The position numbers and the translations under genes are program-made. Of a stretch of 64,000 nt of DNA, positions 16,116 to 36,088 are shown piece by piece (within the stretch, counting starts at the first letter, position 1; the number at the start of each line of letters is the position of its first letter). The stretch comes from the human T2T-CHM13v2.0 reference genome, Homo sapiens. Under the pieces are notes generated by a model, which made no database searches, was not told where the DNA came from, and saw only the letters and a list, made by a program, of their open reading frames with translations. The stretch is taken from the NCBI RefSeq assembly GCF_009914755.1, contig NC_060925.1; one strand, given 5' to 3'.

Positions 16116-17483
16116 TTAAAAGCCATTGCAAGCTCAAAATTGACTGCTCTAGGCTCCTTCTGGAAAGAGCAATGGAGCCTGCCCAGTGCTGTAGCTTAGT
16201 AGCTAAGCCTTTGTCTTTTCACAGTGGTGGCCCAGGTTCAATTTTTGGCCTAGGAAATGAGTTATTTCTGTCATGTGGCGTTTGCCATTCATTGAGTCTC
16301 TTTCCCTCCATGAACAACTTCCGACTTCCTTTCTTGAATTTTCCTTTCTCTGAGCACCCGAGGTGCTATGAGGTTACCTTTGGTAAAGTTCAAAAGCCAG
16401 AAATATTGGCCATTTGGCCAGGCTACAGTCGGGTAATAAGAGATTTAAAAAGATTTTTTTTTTAAAGAGTGCTATGGTTAAAAGTCAGCTTAGTTAAAAG
16501 CAGATATTCAAGTTATAAGTGTATTTAAAAGGTCTTTATATTTTTTTCTCTTCTTGGATCTTATTTTTCTAAAGAAAAAAATGGTTTTCTCCTTAGTTGA
16601 CTGAATTGTTTTTCTCCATTTTGTCTTCTTGCCTGTCCACATGAGAGCACCTAAGATAATTTCTTTCTTTCTTTTTTTTTTTTTAAGACAGAGTCTTGCT
16701 CTGTCGCCCAGGCTGGAGTGCAATGGTGCAATCTTGGCTCACTGCAACCTCTGCCTCCTGGGATTCAAGCGATTCTCCCACCTCAGCCTCCCGAGTAGCT
16801 GGGATTACAAGTGCCTGCCACCACACCGGGCTAATTTTTGTATTTCTTTAGTAGAGACGGGGTTTCACCATGTTGGCCAGGCTGGTCTCAAACTACTGAC
16901 CTTGTGATCCACCTGCCTCGGCCTCCCAAAGTGCTGGGATTACAGGCATGAGCCACCGCGCCCAGCCAAGAGGACCTAAGATAATTTCTAACAGCCTGTG
17001 ACTCCTTGGGAAAAATGGAGGAGATGCCACAGATCTTGTTTTGGGAAAAACCTCTGTTTTCCTCCTGAAACTCCAGGAATTAGAACTGAATAGATCCATC
17101 CCTCTTGAAATCTAAGGCTCTCTTCTGTCTGGCATTGCATTATCTGACGTTTTTTACTTTGGGGGGGTATCAGAAATTACTTCACATTATGAGAGAGCTT
17201 TGGTGTGTAATAACTAGTTGGAGGATACACTTTTGGGCATGGCTAATGGCAATTAAGGGAGGATTCTCAGCTCTTTGCATGTTTGGATCAGAGAAGCATG
17301 TTCTTGGCCACCTAGAAGGTATGGATATGTTCCCACCGCCACTGAGAGATAATCTGTTGGGAGATGGGCTGATCCCCTCCTTTTTGGGGATCCAGGATCT
17401 GGTATAAAAATGAGACCCTTAATTTGGGGGGATCTGTTTTGCCTTCCAGCTGTATGGGCTTATTAGGCCCTAGAAATTAGCTA

Positions 17484-17615
<132 letters not shown>

Positions 17616-17618
17616 CTA

Positions 17619-17846
<228 letters not shown>

Positions 17847-17924
17847 TCACGCCTGTAATCCCAGCACTTTGGGAGGCCGAGGCGGGCTGATCATGAGGTT
17901 AGGAGATCGAGACCATCCTGGCTA

Positions 17925-18161
<237 letters not shown>

Positions 18162-19244
18162 TTACAACTACTGGATCTTCTGTGTATTTTTATGTGTTGT
18201 GTGTGTGATGTTTATATATGGAAGAGCTCTGATTAATTCGTTTAAAAATAATAAGTGCTTAAATATTTTGTCAGAAAAATAAAAACTGCAATGCTTTTTA
18301 GTTCATGTGACTTAGTAAGCTTTGGGAAATAAAGACAGTCTTAAAGATTATTGGTGAAATAAAAATGTCTTTGAAATTTAGATATTTGGTCTAACTTAGG
18401 CAGGGCAGCTATTAGGTTTGCTAAATGCTTTAACGTCATAAACTGCTTCTTTCTTTTGAAAATCTTTCCACTGACCTGTTTTTAAGCCATTAGATAAAGT
18501 CTGGGGACAGGTGGAGTTAGTCATGACCGGCAGCTGGAAAGAGTTCAACCTCATCTGCATTTCTATCTGGTGTCTTAGGTTCTACTCCTGGTACATAATT
18601 AGAATCACTTACTTACCAGATTTTTCAGCAAAAACGAAAGTTGCTAAGAATTAACATTGTAACATGTAATTAAGACTACTGAAGAAACACTTCTACGTGC
18701 AAGGTGTGTAAGAAAAGTGAAATGTGAGGCCAGGCCTGGTGGCTCACGCCTGTAATCCTGGCACTTTGGGAGGCCAAGGCAAGTGGATCACCTGAGGTCA
18801 GGAGTTTGAGACCAGCCTGGCCAACATGGCGAAACCACGTCTCTACTAAAAATACAAAAATTAGCCGGGTGTGGTGGTGCGCTCCTGTAGTCCCAGCTAC
18901 TGGGGAGGCTGAGGCAGGAGAATCACTTGAACCCGGGAGGCAGAAGTTGCAGTGGCTGAGATCGCGCCATTATACTCCAGCCTTGGCGACAGAGTGAGAC
19001 TCTGTCTCAAAAAAAAAAAAAAGATAAAAGAAAAAAAAGAAAAGTGAAACGTGTTTTTGGTAAAAGATTATAAGAAGACATAGGAATGTGGGTGCTTTCT
19101 TTTTGGCCTAGTTTATAGGGTTAAAGGATTGTTTTCAGTTCGATAAGTTAGATTGTTTTAAGTTAAGATAGATTGTTTTAAGTTAGAAGGTTTGAGCAAG
19201 TTGCATAAGATTTGCGAAAAATTAATCTTGTAAAAGAAATTCTG

Positions 19245-19855
19245 TGTAGAAAGTAAAAAGTTGCCTCTTCAAAGTTTCCCTTCTTGTTAAAAAATAAATC
19301 GTAAGTGTTAGAAATAATAGTTTCTTTTAAAAACTAACTTCTTTCAAGCCTCCTTGCTTTGTGCTAATAACTCTTTGTTAAGCCCTATTCTATGTAGCTG
19401 TTCAATATAAAAAAAAGTACCTTTGATGTCCTTGTACTTTAACCAAAATATTTATGCTAAACGTGCTCACAGGCATGTCCCAACTTGCAGCTTATGCCCC
19501 TTCCTTATTTAAAAATATTATTACTTTTCTAAGTCCTTTCGCAAGCAACTTCCTCTTTTCCTTTGTTCTCTATTGCCTTTACCTATTTTAAAAAGTTTTA
19601 AATTATTAGCCAGTCGGGTTTTAGTTTAAATTGTAAGGTCTAGCTCCAGCCAATGAAGACAAAACACAGTAGCAAAAATAAGCTGCATAAAAAATAAACA
19701 TTGCTTCCCTCCTTTGTTTAGGTGTGCTTTTGTCATTGTTCCATCTGCAAAAAGCACCCTTTCTGCAAAAAGTAAAATTACCTTGCTAAAAAAACTTTTT
19801 CCCTAAATGCTAATTTTTCCTTACAGTACCAAAAACAAGCCTTTTACATATAACA
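19245..19855 (+). mobile_element. LTR10-like (HERV-I group) solo LTR, G-depleted
   Basis: TGTAGAAAG...TAACA termini, perfect 5-bp TSD TTCTG (19240-19244 and 19856-19860); family name from memory. Confidence 0.75.
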
Positions 19856-19867
19856 TTCTGTGTGTAA

Positions 19868-20218
<351 letters not shown>

Positions 20219-20584
20219 TGAACAATATTTGTATGTAGTATTAAAGGATAATGAAGATTTTTGTTTGCCTTTTGAATAAACCACAGGAAAAAGAAAGGAA
20301 AGACAAGAGATAGATTGTTTGGAAACCTAAGTCTTCCCTGTATCAATAAGTAAAGTTTTATGCTTTTTAAAAATTTTTGAGTTACCATTTTTGGCTAAAT
20401 GAATAACTTAGGGTGACCTAGAATTCTATTTTATAATATCAAATATTTTAAACCTTTGATATTGGACAAACTTTCCAAAATCAAATTACAAATTATATCT
20501 TTTTCTGACTTCATTAATGTTTTAGATATTAGGTCCCCTAAAGTCCAAAAATGACATATTTGACTTATTTGTATAAAAAAATCA

Positions 20585-22166
20585 CCCGGAAGCAGAGCCG
20601 GAAGTGGGGTTGGTCAGGTTATCTCCACGGGTGGAGAAGCGGAGGCCCAGGAGGAGGGGTGAAAAGAAGGTGGAGGATCCTGGCTACCACTGAATCCCAT
20701 ACTGCTTCTCCTAGACCTCAGAGACAGAAAAAGAGAAGGGTGTGTCATCCCCCTTCCTCCTTTCCTCCCTCTCCTGAGGCAGGGGCTGGGCTGAGCGAGA
20801 CCGTCACTGAGACAACAGTTACCGTGACAACCGAGCCCGAGAACCGGAGCCTTACCATCAAACTTCCGAAACGGAAGCCAGAGAAAAAGGTGGAATGGAC
20901 AAGTGACACTGTGGACAATGAACGCATGCGCCGCCGCTCATCAAAATGCTGCTCTATTTATGAAAAATCCCGGGCCTTTGGCGAGAGCTCCACGGAAAGT
21001 GATGAGGAGGAAGAAGAGGGCTGTGGTCATACACACTGTGTACGTGGCCACCGCAAAGGATGGCGTCCTGCAACCCTGGGACCGACCCCCACCACCCCTC
21101 CCCGGCCTCCTGACCCTTCCTAGACCCACGCAGGGCCAATGCAGCACTAAATTCCTCTTTCCCCCACCATGCCTGAATGTATCCATGTGGCTACTTCTCC
21201 AGTACCCTCCTTCTCTCTCTTCTGCCTGATAGAGGGAAGAGGAAGAGGAGGGTGGACAGAGATCCTGGAATTCTGACTTGCTGCTATTTCAGAACCTAGA
21301 CTCCTGAGTTCCCCCAGTTCTCATTTTTCCTCCCAATACCCACCCCTTCTCTCTCGAGGGATCTAGGCACCTTGGCCCCAGCCTCTTCCTTTTGTTCTCA
21401 CTGTCAAACTGCCTGTCCTGGGATCTAGTTATCTTGGCCCTGCACTCTCAACTTGAGTAGCAAACACTGAAATTGGGTTTTCAACAGTCCCAGCTTTCAC
21501 TGCGAGGGTCCCAGTCAGATTCCAGGAATTCTCACCCTGGCTGTGCTTGCTAATACTGGTTTAGAGCTATCCCACGAAAATATTTAATCCTAATTCTTAG
21601 TCCTTGCCTGTGGGATATGAGGTCCTACAGGAGACCTCAGGGCTCCCAGCCCTTCTCCTGCTAACCCTCTTCATGCCCTCAAGAGGAGTTAGAAGAGAGT
21701 TCCTTGTCATTCTCACCTCTAATGGAAAATGGAACCAGAAATAATCATATCCTTTCTCTCCACCCTTCTCCTGTGATCTAGGATTTCTGACAAAGCTGGC
21801 TTGAGACTGGTCACTTAGAGCCAACTGTCTCCTCAGCCTTTTGTTTTTCAGCTTCAGAGACAGATCCAATATAGTCCCAAGGACCTGGGTCCCTGGGAAA
21901 GAAAGCAAAAGGGAAGGAGCAAAGAGATGGGGTATATCCCCTACACTACACTCTTACCTCTTAATTTCTAGGCTTTGATTTCTCTGCCAGCCCAGATGTT
22001 CAGTTCTCTTGGCCCTCCCTACCCCTTTGCTGGGATCTTGTTGTCATTTTCTTTTGCCAGTTCTTTTGCCCTACACAGTTGCAGAGATCAGTCAAATCCA
22101 CACCACCAGTGAGGTCTCATTCATTGCCACAGATGCACAAAATAAATAACCCAAAATCACACGCAC
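20585..22166 (+). pseudogene. PPP1R11P1: Processed pseudogene of PP1 regulatory inhibitor subunit 11 (inhibitor-3)
   Basis: Intronless [30 protein letters not shown]...KKVEW...GPMQH* (20776-21150); native ATG missing; premature TAG 21121-21123; UTRs present; AATAAA 22141; TSD AAAAAATCA (20576-20584 and 22167-22175). Confidence 0.93.
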
Positions 22167-22705
22167 AAAAAATCATACAGGAAGCATTGTCAAATACGAA
22201 ACGGTGTTTGGCTTTCTTTGGGCTATATTTGTATAAATATGTTATTGGTATGTGTTCCAAAGTTATGGGAAACTCCTGTGTTATAATTGTTATGTAAAAT
22301 TATTGAAAGTCATAGAAGTAACCACAATTCCTAGTCAAATATGACTTTAATAATGGCTGTCCTAAGACTTTGTGTCATCCATAGACAATTGTTGACTTGT
22401 TTTAATCCTCTTTGAAAGGTGGTTTATAATCAGCTATAGGTCTTTGACAGGTGATCTTAAACGCAGGTTTCAGATAACTTTGGAGATTGTGACGTTAGAA
22501 TAGAGGAAAAACTTTCAGGACTGTCATAGCTGAAATGTTTATTAATGTCAAGCAGAGCAGGCATTAATTGCATGGACTGAACTAATAACAGAAGACCGAA
22601 ATAATCCTTTTATGACTTTTTGCTTAAAATGTTGCTGATCCTTTGTTTTGTTTTTCAGAGTCAAGAAAACTTTTAAGCTATTTACTTTTTTTTTTTTTTT
22701 TTTGA

Positions 22706-22997
<292 letters not shown>

Positions 22998-24243
22998 TGA
23001 TAATTGAGTAAAGTATACTCCTATAAACAAAAGTTGGGGCATATTTGTTTCTCTCTACCTTATTTATCCAGAATTTGGAAACCACTTGTGAGTATTCTTA
23101 ACTTATGGCAATACAGTTATTTGCATAAGTGCAGTAAGAATCTGTCTTCATTTGTAATAGGACACAATTGGAGAAACTGGTAATTTTACCAAGGCTTTGA
23201 CTGGAGTGGCATGCTTTTCTTTAAGGAATCAAAATTAACATATAGAGCCAATAAAAGCCCCTTGGGAAAACTGGCTTTATACCTTGTCTACACAGTCTCT
23301 GTACAGTGTTCCTGACCTGTGTTAAGTAAAGAATGTCACTTTCTGACAGGCCCAGGAGCCCCAAGTTATATTGGGACCTCAAGAGGAGAGAAATTTACCC
23401 AACTCATACAGGTAGTTGACAGTAATAACCCATGGCTTGGCTTGACTTTAAAAAAAAGTCTTATCTAAGATTTCTTATGGAGCAAAGTTCCATCAAAGCC
23501 AATTTAAAAAGGAGGCTATATGGCAAATAATTATTCTTGCTGCACTTTATACAAATAATCAGGCCAAGTATAATAAGACTAATGCTTATTTTGCAAATGA
23601 ATCAGTCTTACAATGATTTGTCTTTAGTAAAAATGAGGGCTGGAGAGAGAAAAATTGTTTCAAGAACTATGGTACACTTGTTATTAAGTTCTAGTCCCAT
23701 CAGTTGTTTTTGAGTTTTTTTTCTACAATTTAGACTGACTCTGCTTATTCCTGTGAACCGACCAATGATCTCTGGCTACAGCTAAGAAGAAACAAGAGGG
23801 ATGGTTAATTTAAAAATCTAGACCAATATTCTATTTCTGGGCACGTATTGGAATCGGCTAGCAATGTTATGTCAGCTTGGTTCCAACAGTTGCCTGCTTC
23901 ATGGGAAGCCTTCTTAATTTAATTTACCTGGGATAGTTTAACTTATTTTGCTTTACTGTTGTGGAATATATTGCCATTGTACTCTTTGTGTAGGAATGCA
24001 GGATAAGCTTACTCAATGTTTTCTTAAATTGAACACTTATTAATCTTCCGGATACCACCTTTTGTCAGAACTCAGAGTTATGAGTAGCCCTCACCATACA
24101 GATAATTTCTAACTGAGTTCCTCTCTACCCTGAATACGACAGACCCTGTTAGGCAGGAATATCATCTCCCCTATTCAGCCTGAAGAATTTACAGAAGATT
24201 GATCTTTGTCCCCTATAACCCTTAGGATTAAGGGGACCCTTGT

Positions 24244-24263
24244 AAAAGGGAGGGGGGAAAATA
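24244..24263 (+). other. Polypurine tract of the provirus
   Basis: AAAAGGGAGGGGGGAAAATA directly before the TG of the 3' LTR. Confidence 0.8.
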
Positions 24264-25233
<970 letters not shown>

Positions 25234-25752
25234 TTGTTATCACACTCAAGAATTTTTTATAAAAAATATATTTAAATATAATTCACATCTCATACAATTC
25301 ACTCATTTAAAGAATATAATTCTATGTTTTTAGCATACCCAGAGTTATGAAATGATCATCACAATCAATTTCAGAATATTTTTATCACCCTAAAAAGAAG
25401 CCTGTACCCATTAACTGTCACTCCCCATTTTTCCTTCAAACCTCTTCTCCTGCTGCTTACCCCCAACCCCAGCACAAGGCAACTACCAATCTACGTTCTC
25501 TCTCTGTGGATTTGCCTATTCTGGACATTTCAAAAAAATGGAATTATACAATATGTGCAATATGTGGTCCTTTGTAGCTGGCTTCTGTCATTTTGCATAA
25601 TGTTTTCAAGATCTGTCCATTTTGTAGCACATATCAATACTTCTTTTCTTTTCTTTATTGAATTGAGGTAAAAGTCACATAACATTCACCATTTCAATAA
25701 TTTTAAAGTGTACAATTCAGTGGCTTCCAGTACATTCACAATGTTGGGCAAT

Positions 25753-28948
<3,196 letters not shown>

Positions 28949-29645
28949 GCAACCATCATCACGAGGACATTTTCATCACCCTAAAAAGACTCCTTGTAGC
29001 TCTTAAACAGTCACTCCCATTCCCCACCCCCTCAGCCCTAGGCAACCACTCATCTCCTTTCTGTCTCTACAGATTTGCCTATTCTAGACATTTCATACAA
29101 ATGGAATCGTACAATATGTGGCTTTTTATATTTGGCTTATTTCATTTAGTATAATATTTTCAATATTTTTTCCAGGTTGTACTGCATATTAGTACATCAT
29201 TCTGAATAATATTCCATTTTATGGATATACCACATTTTGTTTATCCATTTATGAGTTGATGGACATCTGGGTTGTGTCTGCCTTTTGACTATTATAAATG
29301 ATGCTGCTCTGAACATTGGTGTGCAAGTTTTTGTTTGAACACTTGTGTTCAGTTCTCTTGGATATATATCTAGGAGTGGAAGTGCTGGGTCATATGTTTA
29401 ACTTTTTGAAGAATTGCTAAACTGTTTTTCACAGAGACGACACCATTTTACATGTCCAGAAGCAATGTGTGAGGGTTCCAATTTCTACATATTTTTACAC
29501 TTCTTCGAGTCTGTCTTTTTTTTATTACAGTGGATGTGAAGTGGTATCTCACTGTGGTTTTGTTGGCATTGACTAATTTGGTTAACTTGAATCTTAAACT
29601 CAGCTGATAAAAAAAGAAATAGATAATTTCCATTGACCCTAGTGA

Positions 29646-32407
<2,762 letters not shown>

Positions 32408-32725
32408 AAAACCATTTATTTTTATATATTAATTTTGTATCCTGCAACCTTGGTGAGTTTATTTATTAGTTCCAATAGTTTTTAAAGTGAATTCCTTAGG
32501 ATTTTCTATATACAAAATGATGTCACCTGAGAATTGATATCATTTAATTCTTCCTTTCCAATCTGTATGTCTTTTATTATTATTTTTTTCTTGCCTGTTT
32601 GCTTTGGCTTGACTCTCCAGCACAATATTCAATAGAAGTGGTGAGAGCAAATATTCCTGTGTCCTTGATCTTAGGGAAAACACCAGTAAGTATTATATTA
32701 GCTGTGGGTTTTTTATAAACGTCCA

Positions 32726-33063
32726 TGGTATGGTTTGTCTGTGTCCCCATCCAAATCTCATCTTGAACTCCCAAGTGTTGTGGCAAGGACCCAGTGGGAG
32801 GTAATTAAATCATGGGGGAATATCTTTCCCATGCTGTTCTTGTGATAGTGAATAAGTCTCACAAGATCTGATGGTTTTAAAAAATGGGAGTTTCCAATTG
32901 CACAAGCTCTTCTTCTCTTATCTGCCATCATGTGAGATGTGCCTTTCACCTTCCACCACGATTGTGAGGCCTCCCCAGCCACATGGAACTGAAAGTCCAT
33001 TAAACCTCTTTCTTTTGTAAATTGCCCAGTCTTTATGTCTTTATCAGCAGCACGACTAATATC
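32726..33063 (+). mobile_element. THE1-family solo LTR inserted in L1
   Basis: THE1 motifs; 5-bp TSD GTCCA (32721-32725 and 33064-33068). Confidence 0.85.
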
Positions 33064-34257
33064 GTCCATTATCAGGTTGAAGAAAGTTCCCTTCTCTTTC
33101 TAGTTTGTTGAGTCTTTTTAACACGATAAGATGTTAGATCTTTCCAAATATTTTTTTCTGCATCAACTGAAATGATCATATAGTTTTATTCCTTTATTGT
33201 GTGTTAATATGTTATATTATATTGATTGATTTTTGTATGGTAAACCAATCTTGCATTCCGGGGATAAATCCAAGTTGGTCATGGCATATAATCCTTTTAA
33301 TATGCTGCTGGATTCTGTTTGCTGATATTTTCTTGAGAATTTTTGCATGTTTATTCACAAGAGATATTGGTCTACAGCTTTCTTTTCTTGTGATGTTTCT
33401 GTCTGGCATTGGTATCAGGGTAATACAAGCATCATAAAATGAGCTGGGATGTTTTCCCTCCTTTATTTTTGGGGAAGTGTTTTAGAAGGATTGGTGCTAA
33501 TTCTTCCTTAAATGGTTCATATAATTCACCAGTAACACCATGTAGTCCTGGGGCTTTTCTTTATTGGAAGTTTTTTGACTACTGATTGAATCTCTTTACT
33601 TGTCATAGGTCTATTTAGATTTTTTTTTTCTCTTTTTGATTCAGTTTTGGCAGTTTGTCTTTTGAGAAATTTATCCATTTCATCTATGTTATCGAATTTG
33701 TTAGTATACAATTGTTCATAGTATTCTCCTATAATCCTTTTTATTTCTGTAAGGTTGGTGGTAATGTTCCCGTTTTCATTTCTGATTTTTATAATTTGAG
33801 TCTTCTCCCTTTTTTCACTGGCCAGTCTAGCTAAAAGTTTGTCAATTCTGTCAATCTTTTCAAAGAAACAACTTTGGTTTCGTTGATTTTATCTATTGTT
33901 AAGGTAAGGACAAAGGCTCAGAAAGGTTAAGAAGGTTGAATGGGTATAAGCATCAGAGCTAGGCAGTCTGATTCCAGTATTACTACTATACTATACTATA
34001 CCATATATACTGTTACTTTACTAATATATCCCTAAGAGGAATTCCCTGAGACCTGGTATCTTGCAGATGATGGGACATCATCCTATGCCCTCCTGCTTGC
34101 CTACCTGTCTTTTCCACAGACCTATATCTACCATTTAAATCAGTGTCCTTGTGAATACCCAGACATGTTCTTTCTTCCAACTGCTTGAGCTACCCTACAC
34201 CAAGCACAAACTTACACATTTTCAATCCAGAAAATGCCTAAACAGTGCCATCCTTAC

Positions 34258-36088
34258 CTAGGCCACGAGGCTGATCTCAGCTCCTCAGCCAGCTTCCCTT
34301 CTAGTTGATTTTTTTGGGAGCTGGACCTCCAGCTGGGATACTCTCTGGATGAGACTCTCCAGGTCCTTTTTGGCCTGAAGTCCTGGAGAGTAGAAAGCCC
34401 CAGTGCCATCAGACAGCCACACCTCATCCTCATCAGTGACACTATGAGGTGAAGACCCCTCCAGGGTGCCAACAGCTCCCAGCTTCCAGGGTCTTTCCAG
34501 ACTAGACAAATAATCACTTGTAACCAAGAGGGACCAGACCCGGATCTTGAGGTTTTGAATGACCTTGTTGGCATTCTGCAGCTGGGCCTTCAGATCTTTG
34601 ATGTCCTTTCGTAGGACTGAGATGTTTTCTGACTTTCCATATACCCAGAACTCTTCCTGCTTCCCTAGCTGGTTCTCCAAGGGCTTCCTCTCGGAGGAAC
34701 TAGCCAGCGTTGAGCCCCGGCACCCCTGCTTAGAGCACAGCCCCTCCATCAGGACCATTTCCTTGAGGCTGTTGTGCTCCTCACACTCTGAAAAAAGACA
34801 AAGATGTCTTCCTAAATAAAAGTTGGATGTGCTGTTGTGGCCACTGCCTTTGAGAGGAGGCAGGTTTGGTCACGAGGACAATAATTACTATGGAAAAAGT
34901 TGAAGTAGTACTTTATTCAACCCTGACACTGTACTAAGCATTCAAATACAATATTTCTTATCCTCCTTATATCCACAAATTAGGTTTCACCACTTTCTAT
35001 TTTACCGACTGGGGAAACCAAAACTTAAAGAGAGGTGGTCAACTAGCTTGTTCTAGATCACTCAAACTAGCACATGGCAGAGCCAGAATTCAAATCCTCC
35101 AATGTCCTGTGTTCATTCCACACACACTGATGTTTCTTAAGACATTAACGTGGCCTTATCTAGTTAGGATAGCCACAAGAATGTAGGACAAGCTATTTCT
35201 GCATGCTGCAAGTTTAATGCTCTCTAAATTTTAGTATAATTTAAAAGTTTATTGGGTTACAACTGTGTGAAAAATAGGCAAAGGAAAATAAGACTTCGAA
35301 TAAATATATCAGCATGTTAACATCAGTGTATTGGGGCGGTGGTAGTCAGAATGAGAACTAATCCACAGCATTTTACCCAATGCCAGGCACTGTTCTAAAG
35401 CATTTTATAAGAATTTACTCGTTTAATTGACATTAGTACCTGATGGGGTGGGTAGTTCCTTTATTACTATTTTAACATTTGAAGAAACTGGGGCATAGGA
35501 AAGTTTACAAATCGGGATTTGAAGCAACAAGTCTGGCCCCAGGATCTTTTCTCTTAACTGCCACACTACACTTCCTCAAGAATGAGAGAGACTGTGTTTT
35601 TCTTCTCTTCTGGTTTTCAATGTGGTGGGTGGCCCTATAGTTGTAGTCCTTTTATAATGCAAAACAAAATTATTTTTAACTTACGGTTTGCATGTTTCCA
35701 AAACCTCATGTGGTCTCTAAGTAGGCCTTAGTATTTCTATAATAATCAGTTGGATAGAACTTTATATGATTATTATTATTATTAGCAGTATGCCACAAAC
35801 TCATTGTAGAAATTCAAACTTATACTCAGCCTCATTTTGGGTAACAGTTCTCCTATTAACCTCCTGTCCTCCTCTTCCCCACTACTTGTCAGGTGTGGAA
35901 TTGGCCAACAGCACCCAAATGTGACAGCTGACTCCAGGGAGGGAAGGTGAGCCCCATACCCTGTGCTCTTACCGGTACTGGTGGTTTCCTCCTGTTCAGC
36001 CTCATTCTTGCTTTGGCACAAGTCTCATAGCCCAGGTCCTGGAGGTCCACCTGGACCTGCTTGCTGTCCTGCTTCAGCAAGGGTTCAC
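34258..36088 (-). pseudogene. Unprocessed PDE4DIP (myomegalin) fragment with exons 35973-36088 and 34258-34787
   Basis: QDSKQVQVDLQDLGYETC and EMVLMEGLCS...LKAQLQNANKVIQNLK...KDLESLIQRVSQLE...LAEELRSASWP match PDE4DIP; AG/GT boundaries intact; a frameshift in each exon. Paralogue number not certain. Confidence 0.88.

Noticed and set aside
19126-19186. Three imperfect copies of GATTGTTTT(A/C)AGTT
   Set aside because: This is short local slippage in AT-rich ERV sequence with no further structure.
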